A DNA stretch of 63,770 bases, counting the filler, from Rhabdomonas costata (lineage: Eukaryota): assembly GCA_019059605.1 (NCBI GenBank). It is 40 parts of 40 records of this genome, joined end to end, with 100 filler letters (N's around TTAATTAATTAA, not from the genome) between each part and the next. Parts side by side here need not be neighbours in the genome. Positions count along the whole stretch, not along the records: positions 49,508 to 51,003 come from JAHMHO010014483.1; positions 51,104 to 52,599 come from JAHMHO010014484.1; positions 52,700 to 54,199 come from JAHMHO010014485.1; positions 54,300 to 55,792 come from JAHMHO010014486.1; positions 55,893 to 57,388 come from JAHMHO010014487.1; positions 57,489 to 58,984 come from JAHMHO010014488.1; positions 59,085 to 60,580 come from JAHMHO010014489.1; positions 60,681 to 62,176 come from JAHMHO010014490.1; 32 more parts are not named here. One strand, written 5' to 3'. Below the pieces are notes generated by a model. It searched no databases, was not told the DNA's origin, and saw only the letters and a list, made by a program, of their open reading frames with translations. The position numbers and the translations under genes were made by a program. How positions within the stretch are numbered: the stretch's first letter is position 1; each line of letters begins with the position of its first letter. Of this stretch, positions 50,936-63,310 are shown in pieces.

Positions 50936-52701
50936 CATGGACCTACCCCCACCATCCCCCATTCCTCCATGCTCCAAAACACAACAGCGGTGGCTTCACA
51001 CACNNNNNNNNNNNNNNNNNNNNNNNNNNNNNNNNNNNNNNNNNNNNTTAATTAATTAANNNNNNNNNNNNNNNNNNNNNNNNNNNNNNNNNNNNNNNNN
51101 NNNCCACCGGGTTCATTGTGTGGAAACGCGCCTGGCTCTTTCGCTGGCTGACGTGTTGTTCATACTCTTTCTTTTGCCTGTCTGTCTCCCTGTGTGACCA
51201 AAGGATGAAAGACCTGAAGACATCCTCGAGGAGCTTGCCGTAGAGCACCTTCGCTGGAAGCCCACGGTAAATGGCCACAGGTCTTCTGCAGCAGCGGCGG
51301 ACGCGCACCGTGCTGCCCGTCCTGAGAAGCTGAGCAAGATGGTGACATGGTTCCGCTTCCCGCCCCAGCAGTTGGATTTACCTCAGGTACCGTACAGCTG
51401 ATCCGAATCCGGTTTGTTTGAAACATGCATAAATTGTATTTCGAATGCCTTCCATTGCAGCTGTGGGTGCTTTAGATGAATCATCCCCATTTCACGCTGA
51501 AAGTTTCATTGGAATGTAGGCTGGTGGTCAGCAGAAGGGAGCGAAATATGCTAAGCTTAGAAAGGGAACAATAAATTACAGAGGAACAAGGCAAAGCGAA
51601 AAGTGCTTTGGGTGAATCAGCGCCATTTTTTTTTGGCACCTGTGCTTCCTCCGGCCTCACTAAAGGCATCTGTGGTGGCCTTCTCGATGCATGTTTCTCA
51701 GGGTTACACGGGCACCACCCTTCGACGCTGGGAGAACCAAGTTTTGAGGTTTTAAAGGCGTCAGATTTAGCGGCATGTTCTGTTCGACTTAACCGGCGTG
51801 CTGTTGGTTCCGAACAGGTGTCGTCCTCCGATTCCCCATTTGCCCCGGCTTCTTTGGTTCCGACGGGTGACTCGCCCCGGGGCATCCTGAAGCCCGCCAG
51901 GTCCCCCTCCACCATGCTGAAACCTTCCTGCGCTGAGCTGTCGTTGGGAAGCACCTCCCGGGTGCGGTTTACTGGGCCCACAGTTGAGCATGAACATAGC
52001 CACGCAGACACGGGCACGGCTCCTCCGAGCGAAGCGTATGCCAGGTATTATTGCGTGTGCTTGTGTGTTTATTTTCCTTGTGTGTGTATCTGTAATTTTC
52101 TTTCCGATTGGTAGCCCGCCTGGAAGTTAGCTCGAAGCGAACTCACGTTTGGTTTTTGGAGTGAAGATTGCCTTGGGTTGAGTAGACAACAGCAGGGAGT
52201 ACCGAAAAGAAAAACTTTTATAGTGGTTTGTATATTCGGGGACAAAAAAGGCGCCATCCAACCATACTACCTTCTTTTTTTCGGAGACGCAGGGAAATCG
52301 AGCCCAACTTGTGCGGAGAAATGATACGAATGGTGTGATTGTGTAGAGTGACATGAGCTTCTGAGCGGCGGCTGTGGGCCCGAGCACCCCTCCGCTTTGG
52401 AGAGATTATTCTGACATTCTTGTTTCCCGTGTCTTGCGGTCTGTGCAATTTGAACGGAGGTTCCGCCCAAGGGCCAGAATCGCCACAACTCGTTTGCCTT
52501 GTGAGCTGCACCCCAACTTTGTATGACTTTGCGGACAATTAGAAAGGAAACCCCCGGTATGGATACTGACCCATACTCTTAGTTCGATGACCCACAAAAN
52601 NNNNNNNNNNNNNNNNNNNNNNNNNNNNNNNNNNNNNNNNNNNTTAATTAATTAANNNNNNNNNNNNNNNNNNNNNNNNNNNNNNNNNNNNNNNNNNNNT
52701 G

Positions 52702-52801
52702 TTGTCTTGTCTTGTCTTGTCTTGTCTTGTCTTGTCTTGTCTTGTCTTGTCTTGTCTTGTCTTGTCTTGTCTTGTCTTGTCTTGTCTTGTCTTGTCTTGT
52801 C
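52702..52801. repeat. (TTGTC)n microsatellite, ~20 units
   Basis: Read directly from the sequence. Confidence 0.97.
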
Positions 52802-52959
52802 GTGAGCCGGCACACCGCGGCACCTGACAGTGCTACTGGACCCCCCGTGCGAGCACCTAGGCATCTCGACTAGGATACCTTTTCTTTTCTTCCCCTTCTC
52901 TTTCCCATTTTCCCGTTCCCGTCCGTCTTTTTCTTTCGCGCACAAATGGAAACATATAC

Positions 52960-53177
52960 GGCGTTACTTTAGAATTGTACCCACCTCTGTCTTCAGGTTC
53001 TTTTTGAGATGCTTACGCTTTATGATCCTTTGGAAATGTGAGCACATCCGAGAGGGCTACTTTCAGTGACATGTGTTTATTGGCTTCTTTGACGTTACCT
53101 TTGGGGGTTAGGGTTAGGGTTAGGGTTAGGGTTAGGGTTAGGGTTCCTGGCCGTGGGTACAATTCTAAAGTAATGCC
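52960..53177. mobile_element. 218-bp non-autonomous DNA transposon (MITE), Merlin-like, carrying telomeric repeats
   Basis: TIRs GGCGTTACTTTAGAATTGTACCCAC (52960-52984) / GTGGGTACAATTCTAAAGTAATGCC (53153-53177), 24/25 match; perfect 8-bp TSD ACATATAC at 52952-52959 and 53178-53185. Confidence 0.9.
53105..53145 (+). repeat. Interstitial telomeric tract (GGGTTA)6 GGGTT inside the MITE
   Basis: Read directly from the sequence. Confidence 0.95.
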
Positions 53178-53479
53178 ACATATACAAACTTATACGCTGT
53201 CCCAGTCACTAAAACCACAAATTAGTTCATTCCCTGCATCCCAACTCTTCTTTTATCGGAAGTTTCGCGGTGTCCCTGTCGAACTTAGGGCACCTCTCAA
53301 AGTGGTAAAGTCACCTCCTTTGGGGTTTCGGCGTTGCTCCTCTGCTTTCCTTCCAATCGGTGAGAGTCAACCTTCTCCCCTGCCTCTTGCAAATGGCATC
53401 ACCTCACCCCGGGCCCCTTATCCCCGGAAAATCGATACCTCTCGGCACTGGAAGCCATTCTCGGGTACTGGAAAAGCAC

Positions 53480-53654
53480 CTCCTTGATGACCACCGGCTT
53501 CTTGCTTGTCTTATCCATGGCGAGGTAGACACTTCCGTACCCCCCATCACCGAACAGGCCTTGAATAAGGTAGGCTCCTTTTTCGCTGCCAACTTCGCCA
53601 GAACAACCGGCGATATCCAGCAGAGAGCGGGGAGGAAGGTACCCAGACGGGTTG
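53480..53654 (-). CDS. Protein kinase exon (subdomains I-II)
   Basis: Manual translation YLIQGLFGDGGYGSVYLAMDKTSKKPVVIKE|GT; this frame is absent from the ORF track. Confidence 0.8.
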
Positions 53655-56600
53655 CTATGCGAGATTAAAAAGCGAGATTAAAAAGGAGTAGGGGAAGTGC
53701 AGAGGTGTTATTAATATTAAGAGACCCAACATCTCCCAACCCATCGCTCGAGCCCCACTCCACTTCACGTCATCCCCCACCATACATGCACTGCGCCACA
53801 CCTCCACCCCATATTCATTCATAATATGGTTGTCCTATGGCCTTAGGCCTTCAGGGCTGCTTGATACAGGGCCCGCATCCGGAATCATTGTACACCCCAC
53901 CCCCACTGTGTGTCCCACTCATACCTGGGTCATGGGCCATTGAGGCGTTCCCGCTATAGGGGTACCTCGGTACTGTAGTCCAGCAGGCCCATAGGCCTGG
54001 TCTCAGGGGCCATAGGCGACAAAGGGGGGTTCTGCAAGTGGCCCTATCCAGCCTAGCTGCCGCAGCCCACACCCGAACCATTGTACACCGCCCCCCTTGT
54101 GGGGGAGGGGTCCAACCCAAAACTGGGCTTCGTTTGGACCCTTGAGAGGTTCCGGGTATTTGAATACTATGGCCTGACTTAGCGCACGCATTGGGTTATN
54201 NNNNNNNNNNNNNNNNNNNNNNNNNNNNNNNNNNNNNNNNNNNTTAATTAATTAANNNNNNNNNNNNNNNNNNNNNNNNNNNNNNNNNNNNNNNNNNNNG
54301 CACAAAAATTAAAATTGGTGCAGATACGGTATAAGGAGTTGAAATGGCCTAAAATGCAAAGGTCAATTTTTTTTCGGATGGGTGGGTAGGTCGGGGGGGC
54401 GGGCGCATTAACTTTTTTAGCGCTGCCACAGCTGAACGTATTTAGCTTTTTGACTTTCAGGATTGTCGTTGCTGGGATTTGGCAAACAAATGGGACAGGA
54501 ATAATTTAGGCGTAGATACCCGTCCCCGGCTCGGCTGGAGCGGCTGTCTTGAGACGTGCAATGGGGAGGGCTATGCTGCTTTTAGCTCTTCTAAATCACC
54601 GAATCGGTGACTTTTCGCGATGTTATTTAGTGCACTCTGATAGGTGAAATGTGTGAACTACCTCTAAATGCAATCATTATAGCAAAATGGGATTAGATAT
54701 ACTGTTTTCCCCCTCGTAAGCAGACATAAGGAGGTGAGGTTACGTTTACTGGGCTGACACGCATCAAAACTGATGCAGGCTTTGTGCTAGCCTGTTTCTG
54801 GGGTTTGGGCGGACGAGCAGGACAGCATTGAGGCCCAGCCACGCGGCGGCGGCGGCCGGATTGGGCAGCTGGTCGGGAAGGTGGCCGCGAGCCTTTTAAC
54901 AGTACTTTTTTATTTTCCAACAGGAACCACTGGTAACCCCCAGCGTCAGTTGCACCGCTCCTTTGTTTGCCGCCAAAACAGGAGAGACCAGAATTGGTTC
55001 CACCTGTGCAAGCCTCTGGTGCCGCCACCGGAGACACTTCACCGCTGCTACCACCCCCACTTCGGTCTGTTGGGGTGAGCAAACCCAGTAGGTCCTTGGA
55101 ACCTCCAAAGTTAGCCCACGCCTCTTCGCCGCCTATTCCTCCACCGGTGTCCGAAGCAGAAGCTCTCGCAGCTGCCGGCCCTTCGGTAAGACCTCACCCT
55201 CTCCTTTTTCCTTAGTGCTCCTGACGAAGGAGCTTCCTGGATCCTCCCTTCCTCTGAACAGATTAATTATGGATCCCCCCCTTCCGTCCTCAGGACAGGC
55301 TTGGGTGAAGCACCTGGGATTTTGGACCGCTCTGTTGCACTCCTCAAGACTCCTCAAGACATCGTGGAGCAAAGCATCTACAAGCGTGCATCGCATACGG
55401 AACCCCCTGCAAAAACCTTTACTGGCTTATTTCAGTTGGAGGGGACGATCCTTTGACACGCGTTTGTCGTGTCATGTTTCGGGTATCAAAATATCATCTC
55501 AGTGCACAGTTTTTTCGTGCGCTTCGGCAGAGATTGGCTGGCGTTTTGAGTTTCAGGGCTAAGTCACAGCAAAGCGAACAACACCGTCGGCCAAAACACG
55601 GAGAGAGCTTCCAGCAGCACCATCGACAAAAGGCATAGTAGTAGTTAGGTGGTCTCCAGTAGTGGGGTTAGTAGCATCCTCTGGTGTCTTGTGTGGGAGC
55701 TGATTTGTGGCTGTCAGGCAATCAAGCGTAGCGGGAAAACCACACCCAGCTTCGCCTTCGGCTTAGTCTGCAGACGCCCACCCACCCCACACNNNNNNNN
55801 NNNNNNNNNNNNNNNNNNNNNNNNNNNNNNNNNNNNTTAATTAATTAANNNNNNNNNNNNNNNNNNNNNNNNNNNNNNNNNNNNNNNNNNNNTTGTTTTT
55901 GGAGCAGTCGTCAAAGCAGCGGTGGGAAGGAGTCGGTATGTATGTGAACGCAGATGGAATGCAGTGAGTGGTGTGGTCAGAATGTACCTCGCTACCCTCC
56001 GTTGCCTGCTTCCACCGGTGAGAAAGAGCTGAGCGACCGGCCACCCGTCGGCCCGAAGCGAGAGCCTCCTCCACCGTGGGCCGTGTGCCCAGAACCCGCC
56101 GTGTGGACGTCGGGGAGCTCCCGCCTGGTGGGAGGGTTGGACAAAGAGCACCCATCATCACAGTGGAAAGCAGAGGATGGTTCTCCACGGCCGCTGGTCT
56201 TTAACAAAATCAGTTATAAGCCAAGTTATGGTGTCTGCAGAGATGGTAAGCGTTTTGTTTTCCTTTTCAGACCCTTCTCCACTTAACTGCATTTGAACAC
56301 CCTGAAAACCATTTTTTGAGCAACTTGCGCTGAGGGTAGTTGTGCATACCCAAACCACTAGAAATTACGAGTGGGCTTGGCTTCAGCAAGTGGCCTTCCT
56401 AAGGGCACACCGCCCGCATTGGTGGCCGGAGGGGTCTTAGCCACCAGTTCCATCACCATCTTCAACTCCTGTGGGGTGTAAATATCGCTGAACGGAGGCA
56501 TCAGCGGGGTATGTACAAAACTTGCTGGGGCAACGTCCTCGTCCTCGTCATCCCCAGATTCACTCCCAGCAGTGATCTGAAATGGCGCACACGCAGGAAT

Positions 56601-57592
56601 TCTATAAAAAAAGTGAAACCCTGGACCTCGGAAGGCTTATCGGCTGAAACCCAAACGGCATACTTTCACCCCTTATGCCAACCAGCTCCGGTTTGTTAAA
56701 GTCAAAAAAAGCTACAGACTATTTTACCCTAATTTTTTTCACAAACTTAAAATCTCTTTGTGAGTAGTCAGCGGTCCAAGCCGCCGTGGGTCCTTAAGTT
56801 CCAGGTCAAGGGGGTGAACAAGCTGATGGAAAAAGTCCTGGCAAAATTCGGCGATTTTTCGAACCACGCACCCCTTGATGAAAATTTCGATTTTGGGACC
56901 CCCAAAAGGACTTATTGAAAAAAAAGCCAACAATCGTGTTGTGAGGCATCCCCCCATGTTGGGGGTCGAGGAACACGCTTTGGAGTGGTGACTGCTTTTA
57001 TGCAGAAAAGCCGACTTTTCAGCCAAAATGACCGTTTTCGAGCCGTACAACGAGGACCAGCGGGGCCGGCATTGGTCGAAAAAGGGGTCATTTGGGTGAA
57101 AAATTCGATTTTCCACGACATGGCCACAAGGGCACGTCATCGCTTCCGGGCACCAGCGCACATCTCCATCACCCTTCTCCATTTATCGCCCTTCCTGTTC
57201 ACGGCCGTGCCACATGCCTTCCTAGGAAGGATTTCGCGTGGGGGCGCCCGGGAGTCCACCGTCAGAAGCTTTCGCCCCTCCTCCTTGCGCCGGGCCACAT
57301 CGGGCACGATACCCACTCCACTGGGAGCCTGCGGGATAAGACGAGAGAGAGAGAGGGGGAGAGAGGCTCTTTCTAAGCCACAAACAAANNNNNNNNNNNN
57401 NNNNNNNNNNNNNNNNNNNNNNNNNNNNNNNNTTAATTAATTAANNNNNNNNNNNNNNNNNNNNNNNNNNNNNNNNNNNNNNNNNNNNGGGGTTTTGGAT
57501 TGGATCAATGTTTTGTCACAACCTGATGGAGATGCTCCGTATGCCAAAAACCTTGCTTACTACCTTTTCTTTTGAAAAGTGTAATTTTGCAG

Positions 57593-58984
57593 GAAATGAG
57601 CACACCTTGCCCTTTGTCAGGAGCAACGAGTTGCGTGAACCACTGCATCACGGCGATCATTCTGGTCATCAAGCTGATAGAGATCATAATCAGCAATGGG
57701 TGGATTATCCAATCGGCAGCGTTCCATTGATTTCCACTCAATTTACCCGGTTTGTGCTTATTGTCTGGAACTTCATTGGAATTTGGCAGAAATAAACCTA
57801 AGCACAAACAACTCTGCTGACTCTGTATGTTAATTTTCAGAGATGTCATCATGGAAGATGAACAACACGTTTGCTCCGGGTGCGGCCGATCTGCAGATTA
57901 CACGCCACTGATTTCTGCCACGGCTATGAACGAGCACATCAGCTTTCTTCAGAACTTGCCCGTCAACGAAAATCCACACTTTATCAGCAGAGTAAGAGTC
58001 TTCGACAGGCACCAGGAAAGCCTTCTTATCTGTCTTGCGCTTCATAGTTTTTTCGGCTCCATCACAGTTCACTTGCATTCATTCACTGCGTTTTTTACAG
58101 GCGTCAACTGATGAGGCACTTTTCTGCTCGCAATGTCTCGCCAACCACTACTATACGCCACCAAATCTTCGTGTACCCCAAATGAACTCTTGCAGCTGGC
58201 CAGCACTGGTAAGCCACAATCTTCGCTATGGGGACAAGACTCATTGGGATGTACTTCCACCTTCATTGCGAAAAATGTGGCGTTACAGCTTTCCTTCCAT
58301 GGATCAGTGTGCACCTGGACCAGCTGACGCATCTGTTCCGGCAAAGGGACCACGAAGCTTAGCGGACTTTTTCGACACCGCCAACGCCCCATGGGACACA
58401 AAATGTGCATGCTGCCGCTCAATCATGGCATCTGGTGACTACTCCTGCTCCCCGTACTCAACTTTTCGCGAGGGGCATTGGATACTAATGGAAAAGAAGC
58501 CCTCTCTGAATGCTGGACTTCCTGATGGTTGGGCAACGCCATCTAGGTCAATGCTAGGTATCACCTACACTCGGGCAATGGTGAAAGACAACGTCCTGAT
58601 GTTCGCAACATGCGACTATTGCAACACAAGGAACAAAAAGATACCCTTTTTGAGTCCGGTCTGGCCAGACCACCTGCAGTTCAAAGATCCTGGATCAATT
58701 GTGCTTCCAAATAACTCCAACATGGGCTGGATGAATCCCATTCGTCTTCATGACAAGTTTCTCACAGGCATTCGATTGAACAAGCGCTCGGATGGGTCAC
58801 TTGGCAACATTGCATACCACACCATGCGTTTGGACGGCTTCCCAGGAGGCTTGTCGACGCAGATGATTTCGCTGCAGCCTCATGGCGTACTGTCCAAAAA
58901 GTTTGTTTGTGGTCCCACAGAACCGTGGCAGCAGCTCCGCGACGTCTTGCTCCACTCCAGGATGGATCTCATGCCATTGACAGC
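57593..58984 (+). CDS. Multi-exon orphan protein with four CxxC pairs (exons ~57593-57749, 57841-57991, 58101-58984)
   Basis: Splices join in frame; CSGC..CSQC and CACC..CDYC motifs; long final open frame. Confidence 0.55.
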
Positions 58985-59645
58985 NNNNNNNNNNNNNNNN
59001 NNNNNNNNNNNNNNNNNNNNNNNNNNNNTTAATTAATTAANNNNNNNNNNNNNNNNNNNNNNNNNNNNNNNNNNNNNNNNNNNNGGGGGCTCTGCCGTGG
59101 GAAGTTCGCGGATGGCCTGCTCGACCGCCTGGTAGGCCCGGTACAGCTCATTGGAGCGAGGGGCACGAGCTGTGAGGATACCCAAAAAAACAAGGCAGGT
59201 CTGTATGTACGTGCATCCATTGTCTTTTGTCTTTTGGTCTACAAGTCATTCTGGGGCCACCATAGGAACCACAGGCAAAGCACGAAGCTGTTGACGATCC
59301 GTCGTTGTGCAATTTTTCCCACAGAGAATTCGTTTTTTGTATATAGTACTTGTGCCTCTTAAGTTAAACTGCGAGTTTCGGCCTGAGGTGAGATACGAGC
59401 GCGCGTGGGTTCTAGCAAAAAGCTCAGGCGGTGTCATTCAGGATGGTTCGCACCCCTTAGACCGCACAGGAGCACTCCTGAGACAGGCCATGATGTACAA
59501 TGAATTTCAGCCGATTTGTGCAGACTTCTGGAGTGGGGTTAGGAAAAAAGGAAACAAACAGTGGAAAGGTCTCATTTATCAGCCGGGATTTTCAGGGCAA
59601 AACGCAACACGCCCAGCGAAGAAGGGATGAGGGCAGAGGGTGCAC

Positions 59646-60411
59646 CCAGGTAGACGACGCACTGAGCAAGGGCCAGATTGCACTCCGGCATGCCCAAGAT
59701 GTGGGCGCTCTGGTGAGCAGCGACGGCCTGCGGTTACAAGCGTGTGCATGGTTATAGCCAATGCTCGTTTTGCTCTTACCTGTGGATTTCACTGTGAGGT
59801 TCTTGGGTGCGAGGTGCTCGCGCAGATGACTACGCGCAGATGATTACACGGTTGGTTCAAAAAATGCACCTTGGTTGCCTCCCCAAAAGAAAAGGTGAGG
59901 TTTTTAATGGAGAACCTGAAAAACCTAACTCTGCGGCACACTGGAAACTCTTATGATCTTGGACCGCATCCGAAGAAATGGACAAAACTGACCCCCTCCT
60001 CCCATTGCCAGACCAACAACCAGTCCTGGGGAGTACCCGTCGTCGCCTTTGACTGTGAGGTAACCACTCAGGAGGGTATGACCCTTCGGGAAGGGAATCC
60101 AAGATATATCCAATCTGTCCGTCATTGTCCCATTGAAATCTGTCAACCTGCTGCAGGGCCTGGGGGTCGGCCAGGCCGACGTCCTCGCTGGCGAACCGGA
60201 TCAGCCTCCGCGCAATGTACAGGGGGTTCTCCCCGCCGCCCAGCATCCGCCCCAACCAGTACAGCGAGGCGTCGGCGTCGCGCCCGCGCATGGCCTTGTG
60301 CAGGGCAGAGATAAGGTTGAAGTGCTGGTCCCCGTCCCGGTCGTACAGCAGGGTGTGCTTCGTGGCCGCCGAGCGCACCACCTCTGCCGTCACGCACCCA
60401 TCCGGGCCCAC
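59646..60411 (-). CDS. WRNIP1: WRNIP1/Mgs1/MgsA(RarA) AAA+ ATPase, exons 60411-60148 and 59727-59646
   Basis: YDRDGDQHFNLISALHKAMRG.DADASLYWLGRML.GGENPLYIARRLIRFASEDVGLADPQAL|AVAAHQ..LGMPECNLALAQCVVYL. Confidence 0.93.
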
Positions 60412-60939
60412 CTGCGAACGAGAGAGTGGGTCAACGCCACGCGTGCTGCTCCCCCACCCCCCACCCCAATGACCCAGCGTGGAGTCCCACGCACAATACC
60501 GCACAATGCCTGAACTGGGCCACCCACCTCAGCAGCGTTGCTGTCCGTCAATCTTCCCTCCTCTTACACAAGTACATCCTNNNNNNNNNNNNNNNNNNNN
60601 NNNNNNNNNNNNNNNNNNNNNNNNTTAATTAATTAANNNNNNNNNNNNNNNNNNNNNNNNNNNNNNNNNNNNNNNNNNNNTGTGGTCCTGTTGCGTTCTG
60701 AGCTCACGTGCTCTCCACTGAATGAGCAAGTGGCACAAGGGCCTGGCAGTGCACAACACCCCCCTTCACCTCTCCTTTCTGTGCTTCTACATCAAAGTCA
60801 CTAAAGGATTCCTGCATAAAGGGGAGCCGCCCGATGCAGACCCCGTCCTTGCGCACAAAGTGCGCAGAAAAAGAGCGCAAGTGGAGAAAGCGGAAAGCCG
60901 GAAGGTCACGTTGGGAGGAGACGGGGAACGGAGAGGCAC

Positions 60940-61109
60940 CGCAGTCGCCCGAGAGCAGGACAATCCGAGAGCTCTTGGCCTTCTCCGCGAGTTGGGTGCT
61001 GGCGAGGTTGGGGTTGGAGATGGCGTAGGCCGCCAGCAGCATCCCGCTGGAGCACATCCCGTGCAGCACGTTCGTGATGGCCACGAACTCCGGCTCCCGC
61101 CCGAACAGT
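60940..61109 (-). CDS. Start of an AAA_16/STAND-type P-loop domain (as in sAC-type cyclases)
   Basis: LFGREPEF...RIVLLSGDCG|, resembling LxGRxxE...VLLxGxxGxGK. Confidence 0.55.
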
Positions 61110-62535
61110 CTATGTGTGTGTTGCGTTTTTGCGTTGGGCACACAAGCTGAGAAGAAAGGGATGCCTCCAACATCGGATTGCAGCACATGAGTCGCTAGCT
61201 GATCTCCATGGGGTGCTCTTTGCCACATTGTGCCCCGGGGTGCAAGCGTTTGTGTGTGCAGTCCTCAGATGCTGTTTCATACGATTGCAGCAAAAAGTTG
61301 GGGAGTAAATTTCCGTCAGGAATATTACGAATACAGTAAAAGGAAGGAACCTTGTTTCCCCTCTCCTCTCTTCCAAAAATCGTCGATACATTTCACTCAA
61401 GGCGAGTGAGCCCAACCGCTCGTGTCGCAGGGAGCAGGGAGGGGGGGGGGTCAGCTGAGCATAGCTCCACCGAAACCTCACGGTTCTAACCCCAAAAAAA
61501 TTCTCCACTGCAATTGAGTTTAGTTCCAACTTCCTTCCTGAACTTTGCCTTTATAATTCGCTTCTTTCCTTTGCGTTGGCTACTCTATTCAACTTTATTC
61601 TACCTGATGTCACTCACATTTGTGATTTCTCTTGATTTCTCTTTTATTCAAAAGATTTCGATCAAAGGAAGTTAGGAAGCAAGGGGTGCGGGAAGCGGAT
61701 GAGGGGGGAGGGGCTGCCTGTTCTTGTCCATCTCTATCAAGGGAATAGAGGGAATAGACTCGTGCCGCCTGCCGCTGGTCGAGGCCGTGGACGGAGTCGC
61801 CCCTCTTCCGCTTTGCGACCGAGATGTCTGTGGAATGAATTTAAACATGCCAAATGCACAAAGGAGAGCGTTGCAATCCCGAAAGACCAGGAACCTTGCC
61901 CCGCTCTTTTTCTTTTTAGGGGGGTGGGGGTGGGCGGGCTTCCGCACAGTTGACTGTGCAATTCAGAACTTGCGGGAGGCTTGCTATTACAAATATGCAC
62001 ATATAGCTCGTTTCGTGAACGGGAAAGCGATAAAAAGAGAAGTGCAACAATTGAAACCACGGAAAACCAGCTTCGGAGCAGCAGCATTATTTCCGTCCTC
62101 GTCCTCGAGGCTGGTACTCTTTGCTTTCACATCGGCAATGAGGCATTGGTGCAGAGGTCTTTCTACCCCCCAACCCNNNNNNNNNNNNNNNNNNNNNNNN
62201 NNNNNNNNNNNNNNNNNNNNTTAATTAATTAANNNNNNNNNNNNNNNNNNNNNNNNNNNNNNNNNNNNNNNNNNNNGTTTTGGGGTGTCACGCAAATATG
62301 CTCTGCTTACAGCATATGGCGTCGAAGCAAAGAGCTTCCATGGAATTCAGCTCCTCCGGAAACAACGTGTGAGGCACTAGGCACACGGCCGCGATGCACT
62401 CGAACAAAACAGACGTGTTAGGTAAATGTCTACTTGTAGTTCGTTGGCATGAGTTATAACTTTGAATATATGGTATATGTGGAGCAGTGTATCAAAAGCA
62501 GGTTTTCTCAAGAGGAACGGAGCATAAGAAACCTT

Positions 62536-62935
62536 TCAATAGGGTAAGTGTCCAGTATTAATGTGCGCAATCAAAGAAGGCCAATGATAATCCCCACGTA
62601 GATTAGAGCGCCACTGGAACTCTTTCAGACAAAAATTAAAAAGTGGTTGTCTTAGACCCAACCGTGGGCACTTCACCAGGTCTTCAGGCGACCCCGCCAG
62701 CCATCAATGGTGTTGGTGTGCACATTCTGGCCAGAGCTGTGGTCCACGTAATCCCCCTTGCATCAGATTTCCTTAGCAATAATGACGTAGGCCATTGCGC
62801 ATCAGTATACACAGTGGATCCCTTTCTGATGTAATGCTCGTACAACGTGGTGAGGTCATACACCTTAGCAGGTACAAACCTCCTTTCCCCGCTTTGACCT
62901 TGTCGTACACCTCAAAAATGAGAACGGCCTTCTAC
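62536..62935 (-). pseudogene. Decayed Merlin/IS1595-family DDE transposase
   Basis: Manual translation across frameshifts: VLIFEVYDK..LYLLR / LTTLYEHYIRKGSTVYTD / AY..YVDHSSGQNVHTNTIDGWRGRLK..HG..NHF / CLKEFQWRSN..LIAHI. Matches the I..GS.IYTD, VNHS, HTNTIE..W..LK and L.EF.WR motifs. Confidence 0.85.
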
Positions 62936-63135
62936 AGTTAAGTTCTCAGCATCCAAACCATTTGCTAAACACAACCGGAGGCGTGATGACCAGTCGGGAA
63001 CAGTCTTTCAGCATATGCACAAGAGGACGTACTACTTGCACCCATCACTCTCAATTGGAGGTTGGTGGTTTTCCAATTGGGTCACGGAGGCATGATTGGA
63101 AGGGCATGCCGAAGTCGGGTAGTCCTTGATGCATC

Positions 63136-63310
63136 TGAGTTCGGTGTTGGGTTCTGAGTTCTGAGTTTGGGGTTTGGGTGTTTGGTTTTTGGATTTTGGG
63201 TTCTGAGTTTGGATTTGGGGTTTGGGGTTTTGATTTATGAGTTCGGTATTCGGTATTCGCATTCGGGATTTATGCACTCGGTATTCGTGGTTTGGAATTC
63301 GGGGTTTTGT
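63136..63310. repeat. Degenerate G/T-rich, telomere-like tandem repeats (TTTGGG/TTCTGAG/TTCGGTA-like units)
   Basis: Read directly; lies 5' of the transposase remnant. Confidence 0.6.

Noticed and set aside
52652-52945. ORF with DKTRQ repeats
   Set aside because: Translation of the (TTGTC)n microsatellite.
53105-53145. TTAGGG tract as a true chromosome end
   Set aside because: Short, internal, and enclosed by TIRs and a TSD.
1499-62276. Regularly spaced TTAATTAATTAA as a biological repeat or CRISPR-like array
   Set aside because: It is an N-flanked assembly linker; ORFs ending in XXX-LIN are artefacts, and gene adjacency across linkers is meaningless.
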